NCBI GenBank assembly: GCA_041736645.1
Contig: JBGSTF010000129.1
Location: 49,466 to 113,465 of the forward strand
DNA from: Oligoflexus sp.
Lineage (GTDB): Bacteria; Bdellovibrionota_B; Oligoflexia; Oligoflexales; Oligoflexaceae
Direction of reading: 5' to 3'
DNA length: 64,000 nt
Position numbers and translations under genes: made by a program
Shown here: piece by piece, positions 49,539 to 59,574 of the stretch
Numbering within the stretch: the stretch's first letter is position 1
Layout of the letters: each line of letters starts with the position of its first letter
Notes under the pieces: generated by a model
Databases searched by the model: none
Told to the model about the DNA's origin: nothing
What the model saw: only the letters and a program-made list of their open reading frames with translations

Positions 49539-52277
49539 GTGGTGTTCTCACGCCTTTCAAAAATGCTTGTCCTGCTCGGCATGCTTGCCGTAGCCTCGCG
49601 GGCTCATAGCCAAATTTTAGATATTTTAGATGACCAGCAGGTCCAAATACAGTCCGAGGATGATCCAAGGCCTCTGCTTAAAATGACCCAATCCATGATC
49701 ACCCGCGGGCCCGACTCCAACCCTAGGGAGTGGGTTCGTGCTGTTTGGGCCGAAAGCGCCATACCAGGAGACTTCGGCATCAAGACCGTGACACCCGAAA
49801 TCAGGCAAGAAGCCATCAATCGCGCCGTGAGCTTGGGCCTCCATAGGGAAGCTTTGGATATGGAACTGGATCAAGTGACAGCAGAAACCCGAAAAATGGC
49901 GAATTCGGCGGCACAGGTTGCCAAGATTGAGACACAATTCAAAACTTTGCGCGAGCAGGCCAAGAAGCTTGGGCTGATTGGGGTCGAATCTCGCGTTTTG
50001 CGGGAAGAGGCGTATTGGACCTATGATTTGGGTAATGTTACATCGAGCATTCAATTGCAGACAGAAGCTGCCTCTCTGTTGGATCAAAATCCTCAGACGA
50101 CTCTCATCGATCGGCTGCGGCTGAAAATAGACATGGCTATGACCTTGGATTTTGAAGGACAGTCGGACAGAGCTCGTCAACTTTATTTTGATATCGAAAA
50201 AGGCAGTCGCGAACTCAAGCTGCGCGCCATGTCCATCACCAATTTTCATGAAATGGGTCTGCATTTTAGCAATTCAGAGCAGAATATCGATTGGAATACG
50301 GCCGAAACCTATTTTCTAAAGGCCATCGAAATGTCCCGTGACTTTGACGATGCCTGGACCATAGCCAAAGCTCAGTCAGCTTTGGGTCCGCTCTACTCAA
50401 AACTCGGAAGGCATTCTGAGGCAGTGCGATTTGGGCGATTGGCTGTTCAAGCCTTTCAAAAATTTAAGAACGATCTTTGGCTGGCCGATGCCAATAAGAA
50501 ATTGGGGCAAGCTCTGGTGGGGGCGGGACAGTATAGGGAAGCGATTGCTCCTTTGCTGCTGGCTTCCAAGCTCTTTTCGAGGGACTTTCTTCGTGATCAA
50601 AACGAGGTTGATCGACTGCTGGCAGAGGCTTTTGAAAAGACCAACAATCTGACGGAAGCGGTCGCTGTTTTAAATCGCTATATCGAAGGTTCAAATGCGT
50701 TAAATAAAGAGCGCGAAAATGCCGAATTCTCCGAGACTATGGTCAAAATGGGCCTGCAAGTCGAGGCTGAGCGAAATAAAACTCTAGCTGCAGAAAATAA
50801 TTTGCAGGCCAGGGAGTTGCAGCAATCCAAAAAAATCCGTCTTGGCCTGATCGGCCTGTTCTTTTTTGCCAGTCTAGCCTTTCTTTCCTTGCTCTTAGCC
50901 GCCCACCGTTCGCGTCAGGCGAGGCGGACTGAGGTCTATATGCGACGCATTCTAAGGCATATTGAGCAAGGCATTCTATCAATCAATCCTTCGCTGCGCA
51001 TTGAACCTGGCTATTCCCGCTACCTGGAAGATCTCTTTGGTCAGGACCTTTTGGGCTATGATGTCTTAGATAAATTGTTTCAATCGAGTCATCTCAGCTC
51101 GTCGGATCTCAGCATTATCCGTGAAGTTCTGAGTCTATCTTTTTCCGAAGGGGAATTGACTTGGGATCTCAATCATCACCAATTGCCGAATGAAATCTAC
51201 CTGCAGGGCGAAGAAACCAAAGTTCTCACTTTACGCTGGCAGATAGTCTCCGAGCAGGGAGGTATCATTCGTTCGATCCTCCTGAGTGTTCAAGACATGA
51301 CCAGCGAAAGAAAGCTGGAGCAAAGGGTCCAAGACGAATTGCGCAAAAATGATCGCCTCACTTTGATCTTTCAAGAATTCCTGCGGACCGACCCCCGAAA
51401 ATTGTCCAGCCTTCTGCAAGACCTGAATCAACTTTTTGCAAGCCTCGGCAAAGGCAACGTTCAGCTATTCGATGGCCAAACATTTCGGACCATACACACG
51501 ATCAAAGGCATTGCCAGAACCTTTAATCTTAGGCAACTTGCTGAACAGGCTCACGGCTGTGAAGATGCTTTACTGAAACAAAAAAACCATCTAGCAGCAG
51601 CCCCAGCTGATGCGGAGAAAGCATTCTCGGCGTTTCTGGCTCTATTTCAAGAATACCTAACGATCTATGAACGAACGGTGAGCACTGAGGGCAAAACCCC
51701 TCACAAGCAGAGGACCCTTTTAAGCTCAGTGGATGACATTGTGCCAAGTCTCAAGCAAAGAGCCTTGGAACATCATCTTGACTTAAAAGGAATTGCAACA
51801 CAGGATTTTGTCATGGCTTGGCCTCCCGAGCTTTTGAATCGTCTAGATGCCATCTTTATTCATGCCTTCAACAATGCTTTGGATCATGGCTATATTTTTC
51901 CGAAGGAGCAGGGACAGGCAATCCACAGTGTGCAGTTTGCAGTGGAAGCTTGGGGAGATGAGAGACAAATTCATGTTACCCTGCGCGACTGGGGGCAAGG
52001 TCTGGCACTCACGCAGCTGGAAAAACTCGCCGAAGGATTGGGTCTCGTCACCAAAGATAAGGCTGAGCTGAGCAATCTCGTTTTTCAGGAAGGGCTATCA
52101 ACGGCTCTTCAAACCACCAAGACCAGTGGGCGAGGCGTGGGAATGTCGGCCATTCGATCCCTGTGCGAAGAAATGGGCGGATCGGTCCGACTGCTCTCGA
52201 ATGAACCAGAGCCTGGAGCGCGGCTGGAATTAGCTTTTCCAAAGCCTGAGCCAGCAGTGTATCCTCTGAGTGCATGA
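49539..52277 (+). CDS. TPR-repeat sensor kinase, CheA-like. It has a signal peptide, TPR repeats, a TM segment, an HPt domain (IHTIKGIARTF) and an HATPase_c (GRGVGMS..GARLEL).
   Basis: The architecture is the same as the protein at 20197-22935. There is no H-box. Confidence 0.8.
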   Translation: MVFSRLSKMLVLLGMLAVASRAHSQILDILDDQQVQIQSEDDPRPLLKMTQSMITRGPDSNPREWVRAVWAESAIPGDFGIKTVTPEIRQEAINRAVSLGLHREALDMELDQVTAETRKMANSAAQVAKIETQFKTLREQAKKLGLIGVESRVLREEAYWTYDLGNVTSSIQLQTEAASLLDQNPQTTLIDRLRLKIDMAMTLDFEGQSDRARQLYFDIEKGSRELKLRAMSITNFHEMGLHFSNSEQNIDWNTAETYFLKAIEMSRDFDDAWTIAKAQSALGPLYSKLGRHSEAVRFGRLAVQAFQKFKNDLWLADANKKLGQALVGAGQYREAIAPLLLASKLFSRDFLRDQNEVDRLLAEAFEKTNNLTEAVAVLNRYIEGSNALNKERENAEFSETMVKMGLQVEAERNKTLAAENNLQARELQQSKKIRLGLIGLFFFASLAFLSLLLAAHRSRQARRTEVYMRRILRHIEQGILSINPSLRIEPGYSRYLEDLFGQDLLGYDVLDKLFQSSHLSSSDLSIIREVLSLSFSEGELTWDLNHHQLPNEIYLQGEETKVLTLRWQIVSEQGGIIRSILLSVQDMTSERKLEQRVQDELRKNDRLTLIFQEFLRTDPRKLSSLLQDLNQLFASLGKGNVQLFDGQTFRTIHTIKGIARTFNLRQLAEQAHGCEDALLKQKNHLAAAPADAEKAFSAFLALFQEYLTIYERTVSTEGKTPHKQRTLLSSVDDIVPSLKQRALEHHLDLKGIATQDFVMAWPPELLNRLDAIFIHAFNNALDHGYIFPKEQGQAIHSVQFAVEAWGDERQIHVTLRDWGQGLALTQLEKLAEGLGLVTKDKAELSNLVFQEGLSTALQTTKTSGRGVGMSAIRSLCEEMGGSVRLLSNEPEPGARLELAFPKPEPAVYPLSA

Positions 52278-52310
52278 GAGAAACTGTAAATTTCGACCCT
52301 GGATGGAATT

Positions 52311-53186
52311 ATGCCTCATGACATGACTTGGTCAGAGATAGGGAGTTTGTTGCAAGAGAATCTGCAGCAAAGTCTGAGCCTCGGATCCCCCTTTCATCCT
52401 TGGTACCTCGCCTCTGCTTTGTTATTGACCGGTATGTGGCTCATGCACTCCCAGCGATGGTCGGTCGGACAGGCCTTGGTTTACCTGCGGCAGCAGTTCT
52501 GGCAAAATCGCCAATTCCTTTGGCGAGACGGAGCTTGGGCCCTGCTGCAAATTATTTTTTTGCGAGTGCCGATTGCAGCCTTGCATGTTTATCTCTTCAA
52601 GTGGTCCTATGATTTAAGCCTGGAATGGGGCCGGTCTATCGACAGTGAGCTGGTCGCTCCGCCGGAGGTTGAAGCATTTCTGGCAAGCTTGCTGACCATG
52701 CTGATGATCGACCTCGCCGCCTATGGCGTGCATCGAGCGCTCCATGCCAGTCCTTGGCTTTGGTGGATTCATCGCGTTCATCATCAGACTCGATTTTTGA
52801 GCCCTCTCTCCACTCTGCGTCAGCACCCCCTTGAACCATTTCTGCTCAATGGAGCCCGAGGTCTGGGCGCTGGATTGAGTCTTGGCATACTGCATCTGCT
52901 TCTGCCGAATGCCACGCCTGTGTGGACGATTCAAGGAATGGGAGTGGGATTTTTTCTTTATATGTTTACGGTCAATCTTCATCATGCGCCGATCCCCTTG
53001 CGGTATCCCGCGTGGCTCCGCTGCATTCTGATAAGTCCCCACATCCATCACATCCACCACAGTCGAGCGTCGGACCATCACGGCAAGAATTTTGGGGTGG
53101 TTTTTTCGCTGTGGGATCAGCTGTTCGGTAGCTATTGGGATCAGGATTTTGGCTTGAATGAGCTTGAATTTGGCGTTGAAGGATGA
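52311..53186 (+). CDS. fatty acid hydroxylase / sterol desaturase superfamily membrane di-iron enzyme
   Basis: His boxes HRALH, HRVHH and HHIHH are present. It lies 34 nt downstream of the kinase. Confidence 0.75.
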   Translation: MPHDMTWSEIGSLLQENLQQSLSLGSPFHPWYLASALLLTGMWLMHSQRWSVGQALVYLRQQFWQNRQFLWRDGAWALLQIIFLRVPIAALHVYLFKWSYDLSLEWGRSIDSELVAPPEVEAFLASLLTMLMIDLAAYGVHRALHASPWLWWIHRVHHQTRFLSPLSTLRQHPLEPFLLNGARGLGAGLSLGILHLLLPNATPVWTIQGMGVGFFLYMFTVNLHHAPIPLRYPAWLRCILISPHIHHIHHSRASDHHGKNFGVVFSLWDQLFGSYWDQDFGLNELEFGVEG

Positions 53187-53225
53187 GAAAACCTGGGTTT
53201 TGACCACCCAGGCTAAGTTCACGAT

Positions 53226-53459
53226 TTACCAGGAGCCGCCCGTGCCGGACTCTTGTTTTTCATGGTCATGCTGAGCCTTTTCCCAAGTGCCACCCTGTGA
53301 GGTGCAGTCTTTTTCCTTGTCCTTGGGCTTCTTACCCTTGACCTTGATCTCCGTACCTTCTTTCATGCAAACCCATTTTTCTTTGGCTTGTGCGACATGA
53401 CTTGCGCCCAAACCGAGACCGCAGACCAGTGCAAATACAGCAAATGGCAAAGTTCTCAT
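53226..53459 (-). CDS. small secreted Lys-rich protein of about 77 aa
   Basis: The signal peptide is MRTLPFAVFALVCGLGLGASHVAQA. An AGAGGT RBS precedes the start. Confidence 0.5.
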   Translation of the reverse strand: MRTLPFAVFALVCGLGLGASHVAQAKEKWVCMKEGTEIKVKGKKPKDKEKDCTSQGGTWEKAQHDHEKQESGTGGSW

Positions 53460-53551
53460 TGACCAACCTCTATAATTGATAATGACGGAGTCGTTGGAAA
53501 ATGCTAACAAGATTGCCGAAGATAAACAACCACTCCGCCCCTATCTTTATG

Positions 53552-55114
53552 CTATTTTAATGCGCTTTCTGGACTGCGCAGCTCAGAAGTCGACCAAAGC
53601 CTTTTAAGCAAGTTGATTTTCCTCGCATCAAACGGCTGCCATTCGCCCCATCCAGCAGTATTGGTTCGTGGATCGTAAGCATGACCATAGAGTCCACCTG
53701 TATCACCGGACTCTGGGTTGATCGCCCAGTAGCAGGCCTGTATGTCCTTTTTTCTGGCATAATCGACAAATGTGGATTGCCAGGCAGAGTCGACGATCCC
53801 AGGGGTGATATAGCCCCATCGCTTTTGGTCGGCTAGGGTGGCTTTGGCTGGCCAATCCAGATTGCCACCAAATTCGCCGACAATCATCGCAAAGCCCTGA
53901 TCGCGCAAATATCCGAAATGTTCATCCCAAGCTGCTTCCAGTCTTTTGGGATCGATCACGATATTGCAGCGCGGTTCTGCGGCTGCGTCGCCTTCCAGAC
54001 CGGTGCATTCCGCTTGCGTTGGATCCATAAATTGCTTTTGCACAAAGACCGATGGGCCATAGGTATGGGGTGAATAGACGAGGCGGCTCTTGGGGATATT
54101 GAGTGGGTCCAATCCTGCTTCGTAGAGGTTTTCTCCCCAATTGGGGGTGCTATCAAGATTGCCGTGAGGCACTTCGGTCACCGTACTCGGGCTACCGTCC
54201 TGATTGTCGGCAGTTGCTGAAATTCCTTCCACGACGATCAGCACATCAGAGTTGACCGAATTGATCGCTTCGTAGGCCCGTTCTGAAAGATACTTCCAAT
54301 CTTTCCAGGTATAGTCCCAGGGCTCATTGAAGATATCGATGCCAAGAATATTGTTAACTCCAAGTTTAGCAGGGAGGCCGGCAATCTCTTTGAGGTCCTT
54401 GAGCCAAAGAGTTTCATTGTACTCTTGGACAATGACTCCTGGTCCTGCGGGCGCACAGGAATAGTTCTCTCGTTTAAAATCATAGTCCTTGCGGTCTTTG
54501 TCTACATAGGGAGGCCTTGCATCCAAGCGACCCGCTCTCCAACCTAAATAATTGGAGCAGGAGTGCAGGTCTATGATGACGTTGAGATCATTGCTTGCTG
54601 CAAGTTTGATGAAGTCCTCCATCGCCTTGCGGGCATTGATGGATCGAACGGAACTATTGTTCTTCAAATAAGGAGCTCGGCCCTGGGGATCGTCTGGGTT
54701 GAGCGTCTGTGGCACGATGGGCAGACGAATCACATTGATGCCCAGGGTTTTGATTTCAGTCATCGTTTGCTGGATAGTGCGCGATGTGCCTTGATTGCCA
54801 TTGGCCCAGAAAGTATTGCCCATATAAAGTTCCATGGGAGCACCACTGGGGTTCAAAACGTCATTGGATGGCTCGTGACGTCCTTCGAGTCCGAACCAGT
54901 TGCCGCATCGAACCGGCAGAACTGTTCCATTTTTGGTGATTTGGCCCGAGCCATCCACTCGAAAAGTTCCGCTGTCTCCAACAGCTGACAGTTTTGCAGA
55001 AGAGGAGTTGCTTTGCGGAGCTGGGTCGAATGTGGGTGTGGCCCAGAGGGGATTCGAGTCGTATAAATTAAGACTCAACATCATAGAAAAGGCGAGTGAC
55101 ATCCTGTCTTTCAT
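53552..55114 (-). CDS. secreted glycoside hydrolase family 5 (endoglucanase or mannanase-like)
   Basis: GH5 signatures are present (IIDLHS..NYLGW; IFNEPWDY with the catalytic Glu). The N-terminus is a signal peptide. The exact start is uncertain. Confidence 0.8.
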   Translation of the reverse strand: MKDRMSLAFSMMLSLNLYDSNPLWATPTFDPAPQSNSSSAKLSAVGDSGTFRVDGSGQITKNGTVLPVRCGNWFGLEGRHEPSNDVLNPSGAPMELYMGNTFWANGNQGTSRTIQQTMTEIKTLGINVIRLPIVPQTLNPDDPQGRAPYLKNNSSVRSINARKAMEDFIKLAASNDLNVIIDLHSCSNYLGWRAGRLDARPPYVDKDRKDYDFKRENYSCAPAGPGVIVQEYNETLWLKDLKEIAGLPAKLGVNNILGIDIFNEPWDYTWKDWKYLSERAYEAINSVNSDVLIVVEGISATADNQDGSPSTVTEVPHGNLDSTPNWGENLYEAGLDPLNIPKSRLVYSPHTYGPSVFVQKQFMDPTQAECTGLEGDAAAEPRCNIVIDPKRLEAAWDEHFGYLRDQGFAMIVGEFGGNLDWPAKATLADQKRWGYITPGIVDSAWQSTFVDYARKKDIQACYWAINPESGDTGGLYGHAYDPRTNTAGWGEWQPFDARKINLLKRLWSTSELRSPESALK

Positions 55115-55447
55115 GGCAAGTTTCCAGAGTTGAAAGTTGATTGGATTGAAGTGCAAAGCAAGAATCAGCTTGCGTCGTAGCTAAGTTTACTCATCCTAAC
55201 TTTGTAAAGCAGTTTATCAAAGATAAAGTGCGGCATCGATCACCTGTGCAATGGCTTAGGATCCATTCCGCTCGGCCCCATAAATTCCACGATTATGGTT
55301 TTGCGAAACAATTATTGGAATGACTGTTCGAAACTGCAGATGCTTGAAACAGCTTGGCTGCAAGAGGTTTATCAATCTTCGTTGAATCCACGCCTTATGC
55401 GAGTTACAATCACTGGACACAACCAATGGTTCCAAGAGGGATGAGTT

Positions 55448-55981
55448 ATGATAACAAAGGCGCTCGTCTTTGCCGTTTGTTTGAGCATCGGCCTGCAAAG
55501 TTGCCGAAGCTTCCGACCTGAGATTCAATCTGACGAACTGTCCAAGCTTTCAAAAGCGCGCATTCATGGCTCGTTTAGTTCTTCCTCAGCATCGACGTCT
55601 CAACCCTTTGTTGCCATAAATCTAAGCTTGCAAAGATTGCCACCCGCTCAGCAGCGAATTTCACGCAGTTTTCAAGACCCAAAAGTCTTGGCCAGTCATC
55701 AGGCTCCCATCGAAGTGCCCTATGGTACGTATACGCTACTGATGAGTTATCAGGATAATAGTGGAAAAACTGTCTTTGAGTCCTGCGCCAGCGAAAAACT
55801 TAAAGAGCATAAAATTGATGGCCCGAATTACGAAGTGGATGTTGCCGTTTGCGAGGCCAATGCATCAACGCAAGTAGGATCGGTCAACGCAAATAACGAC
55901 GACCCTAACAAGCCCGGATCGAATCAGGGAGGCGCCGCCTCTGACGTTACTCTTAAGCCGGTTATTCAACCGAATCCTTAG
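55448..55981 (+). CDS. hypothetical lipoprotein
   Basis: A lipobox (SIGLQSC) is present. Confidence 0.5.
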   Translation: MITKALVFAVCLSIGLQSCRSFRPEIQSDELSKLSKARIHGSFSSSSASTSQPFVAINLSLQRLPPAQQRISRSFQDPKVLASHQAPIEVPYGTYTLLMSYQDNSGKTVFESCASEKLKEHKIDGPNYEVDVAVCEANASTQVGSVNANNDDPNKPGSNQGGAASDVTLKPVIQPNP

Positions 55982-56018
55982 GCGCCTCTCCGAGCGGAGC
56001 TGGGTGATTCTTGCGCTT

Positions 56019-56366
56019 TTAGTCCCTGGGCCAAAGTATGATGATGCTATTGTCTCGGGTCGAGCCCAAGATAAGATCGAGTTCAGGATTGTAATACATT
56101 CTTACAAAGCCCAATTTTTCAAATTGAATATAGACCTTAAAGCGATTCAGCAACTTGTCATCCACATATTGATAGTAAGAACGATCAATCGTCGCAATGA
56201 GAACCGTTCGTTCGGCACTTTCCAAGGTGAAATCTTGAGATTTTTCCAGCGTGATGTCTTCCGGTCCGAATTGCAGGTAAACCGTTGTGGATCCGCTTGC
56301 CCAGATGTGGCTGCTGGGAAGAAGACAAAGACAAAGCATGAAAGCCATATTCAACAGGTTTTTCAC
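56019..56366 (-). CDS. small secreted hypothetical protein
   Basis: A signal peptide is present. It lies 10 nt downstream of the HTH gene. Confidence 0.45.
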   Translation of the reverse strand: MKNLLNMAFMLCLCLLPSSHIWASGSTTVYLQFGPEDITLEKSQDFTLESAERTVLIATIDRSYYQYVDDKLLNRFKVYIQFEKLGFVRMYYNPELDLILGSTRDNSIIILWPRD

Positions 56367-56376
56367 GAGTGAACTC

Positions 56377-57138
56377 CTATTTCACAATCAAATCGTTTTT
56401 GTCGTAAAGGGAATAGATCAGGTCACAGAAAAAAGGGATCGAGCCCTCGGCGTCTTTGGCATTTTTGATGGCATTGAATTCTTTGACGAAAGCATTGATC
56501 AGGTTCTTGAGTTTGGGAACTGTGTCTGCATTTACCGAGCCTGTGGCATGCATCAGGCTTGCTCCCGCTGTGCCTATCAATTGCTTATTAAAATGTCCGA
56601 CCGAATGCCTCGTCTGCTCCAAGGCTTCATCAAAACTGCCGTAGGCCCAATGTTCCTGATGATAATGAATCTTGCCTGTGTCGCTTTCAAGTATCACGCC
56701 CGCGTTGAGCATCTCTTCCAAGGCCTCGATACCAAATTCGCCCGTGAGTCGTTGGATAACAGAACGATTCGTTCCAGCATGGGTTGCTGCCATATTGAAT
56801 ATGCGGTTGTGGGGCTCTTTCCGCAAAAACTGATCGAGCATCCCTTCACTCGGGAGGGTTTGGACTTTGCCGTTGTAGCATTCTTCCATCAAGTTACCGA
56901 CGATGGGAAAGTGCTTTTTGAGGAAATCAATGCGCTGGTCCACGGTATAGACGACTTCAGCAATGGCAAGGGCCGTATAGGGATGCGGAACGCTCTCGTT
57001 TTGAGCGATGCGACGAATGGTAGAATAAGCAACATTGGCTTTTCTGGCGAGACTGGAAAGGCTACGATTTTTATTGCCTAACATCCAAGTGTTGATAGCT
57101 TGGACCAGTTCTTCCAGGAGTAACTTTTCATCAACCAT
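56377..57138 (-). CDS. HTH-domain hypothetical protein, possibly TIGR02147-like
   Basis: N-terminal HTH-like segment: LSSLARKANVAYSTIRRIAQ. Confidence 0.5.
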   Translation of the reverse strand: MVDEKLLLEELVQAINTWMLGNKNRSLSSLARKANVAYSTIRRIAQNESVPHPYTALAIAEVVYTVDQRIDFLKKHFPIVGNLMEECYNGKVQTLPSEGMLDQFLRKEPHNRIFNMAATHAGTNRSVIQRLTGEFGIEALEEMLNAGVILESDTGKIHYHQEHWAYGSFDEALEQTRHSVGHFNKQLIGTAGASLMHATGSVNADTVPKLKNLINAFVKEFNAIKNAKDAEGSIPFFCDLIYSLYDKNDLIVK

Positions 57139-57606
57139 GATGGGACCAAGCCTACAGCTGTGACTTCAAGATATGTCTCGATGTACTGTGAAAGGATCTT
57201 AACAAAGGGTAGTGTAATGAACAATGGGCCCCGGGTTCAACAGAATTGAGAGTCCTATAAGAGTCCGCACATAGGCAGCATTCTAGGTCCCGCATTGGCT
57301 GTCATCCCTTATAGGGCCAGAGCTCGGCGCCATTTTCTTAATATTCCCCTGTGTTTGTCGCTAGTCCCGATCCCTTGATCAATCCCAGCACAAGACCAGG
57401 ACGATCGGAATCGAGTGATGGCCATACGGCATATCATTCTGACTTGGACTGAGAGCTTGCAGCCGAGCCTCGGTCAGAATGATTATGGATATGTCGCGTT
57501 TACCAACTATGAGTCAGAGAATGGCTGGATTCGCGAAGTATCCAGGAGTGGCACCAGCAACCACCGTTCAGTAGATCGGTCACTGAAAGCAGACGCCTGT
57601 CTGGTC

Positions 57607-58050
57607 TTAGGCAGAAGCCGCCGCTGTCTTTCTGGATAGACGAAAGTAATAGATAACTCCGAAAAGCTCGGCAAGAAACAGCAGCAGATCGATGTAGAAG
57701 TTCCCGCGAGCGAAGCTGCGGCTTTCAACGCTGTCGCCGTCCTTCAGCAGTTCGATACCGCTTCCAGGCTCATACTGTGATCTTTGATCACAGTCAATGC
57801 GCACGGCATGCAGACCTTCTGCACTGCGGGCGGAAACAAAACAGCCTTCACTGGTACGTCCGCGTCGACCGCTAACCTCTTGAGTATAGCTATCTATGAC
57901 CGTGGCTTCCATGATTTGAAGGCCGGGAACAAGGCCTTCGATTTGAGCTTCACGCGTGAGCTTGGAGCCGGTATAGAGGGCCAAGGCGCTTAGGATGGCC
58001 ACTGCGAGGATCGGATACTTTTTGAAGAAGGCGAAAATATCGAATTTCAT
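57607..58050 (-). CDS. two-TM membrane protein, DUF3592-like
   Basis: It has TM segments at the N- and C-termini and lies downstream of rtcB. Confidence 0.5.
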   Translation of the reverse strand: MKFDIFAFFKKYPILAVAILSALALYTGSKLTREAQIEGLVPGLQIMEATVIDSYTQEVSGRRGRTSEGCFVSARSAEGLHAVRIDCDQRSQYEPGSGIELLKDGDSVESRSFARGNFYIDLLLFLAELFGVIYYFRLSRKTAAASA

Positions 58051-58179
58051 TGTCTTTCCTTTAGTCTAGGCCTGAATGCCAAAGTTAGGACCTAGGAGTT
58101 CTGAAAATATTGCAGGGGTGGGCCGGTTCCAGCCAACTTAGCCAAATCTGATCTTCCCTCGAAAGCACGGACAGTGCAA

Positions 58180-59421
58180 TTAACCTTTGACGCAGATCAC
58201 TTGCCGTAATTCTTCGATGACTTCGATCAGATCGCTCTGCAATTCCATCACTTCATCGATGTCTTTGTAAGCCCCAGGGATTTCATCAATCACACCAGTA
58301 TCTTTACGGCATTCGATGCCGCTCGTCTGTTGACGCAAATCCTCTACAGAAAACTGAGAACGGGCTTGGGTGCGAGACATTCGGCGTCCAGCCCCGTGCG
58401 AGCAAGAGCAGAATGATTCGGATTCTCCCCGACCTCTGACAATAAAAGATTTTGCTCCCATCGAACCGGGAATTATGCCTAGATCGCCAATTCCCGCTCG
58501 CACGGCGCCTTTACGTGTGACCCACAGATCTTCTGCAAAGTGGGTCTCTCGGGTCACGTAGTTGTGGTGACAATCGATGAATTCGATTTCTTCCGGTTTA
58601 AAGTTAAGGTTCAAAGTGTGCTTGATTTCCCACAAAATAAGCCGACCCATGGCTCGGCGATTCAAGTAAGCAAATTCCTGAGCCCATAGCATATCTTGAA
58701 TGTAGTGATCAAAATCCGTCGTGCCTTCTAAAAAGTAAGCCAGATCAGGATCAGGAAGGACGGTAAACGCTTTTTTCATAAGGCCTTTGGCATGATTGAT
58801 ATGATGCTGCGCTATCATATTACCTACGCCTCGAGAGCCCGAATGAAGCATCAGCCACACGTTTTGTTTTTGGGAAACGCAGATTTCAATGAAATGATTA
58901 CCACCACCCAACGTCCCCATCTGGGGGGCGACTTTGTCAATTGCTTGCAAGACTCTATCGGTGCCATCCAGGCTAAGTGCCCGCTGTTTCACTGCGTTTT
59001 TGCCAAGCAAACAGTGGGCCATTTCCATCGGTAGTAGGGACTTGAAACCTTCTTCCGCTTTGTGTCCTGCCGGACCGAGTGGAATCGTTCTTTCAATGGC
59101 TCCGCGGAGCCGAGAAAGTTTCCCTTCAAGCTGCTCCGGTTTCAAGTCGGGTATTTTGTAAGCTGACATTCCACAGCCCAGGTCGACGCCCACAGTGGCC
59201 GGGGTGATGGCCCCTTGGGTGGCGATCACCGAACCAATCGTTGATCCCTTACCTGCATGAACATCAGGCATCACGGCGACGTGTTTGAAGACAAATGGCA
59301 AAGTTCCCAAAGCTTGCAATTGTTTGATGGCCGTTTCATCAATGTCCTGGGTCCAGACTTTCGCTGGTGCACGTAAAGGGGCGCCGTCCGCAGACTGATC
59401 AATAACTCTCTTAATTGGCAT
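58180..59421 (-). CDS. rtcB: RNA-splicing ligase RtcB (3'-phosphate/5'-hydroxyl RNA ligase)
   Basis: GGNHF, HSGSRGVG and CHHNY are present. The start is reassigned to the ATG at 59421, which has an AAGGAG RBS, rather than 59448. Confidence 0.9.
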   Translation of the reverse strand: MPIKRVIDQSADGAPLRAPAKVWTQDIDETAIKQLQALGTLPFVFKHVAVMPDVHAGKGSTIGSVIATQGAITPATVGVDLGCGMSAYKIPDLKPEQLEGKLSRLRGAIERTIPLGPAGHKAEEGFKSLLPMEMAHCLLGKNAVKQRALSLDGTDRVLQAIDKVAPQMGTLGGGNHFIEICVSQKQNVWLMLHSGSRGVGNMIAQHHINHAKGLMKKAFTVLPDPDLAYFLEGTTDFDHYIQDMLWAQEFAYLNRRAMGRLILWEIKHTLNLNFKPEEIEFIDCHHNYVTRETHFAEDLWVTRKGAVRAGIGDLGIIPGSMGAKSFIVRGRGESESFCSCSHGAGRRMSRTQARSQFSVEDLRQQTSGIECRKDTGVIDEIPGAYKDIDEVMELQSDLIEVIEELRQVICVKG

Positions 59422-59454
59422 GATTTGACTCCTTAGGATCGAGAGCAATCACTA

Positions 59455-59470
59455 TGCGGGAACAGTGCCA
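59455..59470 (-). promoter_or_regulatory. sigma-54 promoter (TGGCAC-N5-CCGCA, with correctly spaced -24 GG and -12 GC) driving rtcB
   Basis: The spacing matches the consensus exactly. It sits upstream of the revised rtcB start. Confidence 0.6.
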
Positions 59471-59574
59471 GACCATAACATCTGAATAAAACAGATTTTC
59501 ATAGCAAACTGCTGATCTCTGTCATATACCCTATAATATTTATAGAACCAGTTATTGGTTAAAGGAAGACGCCT

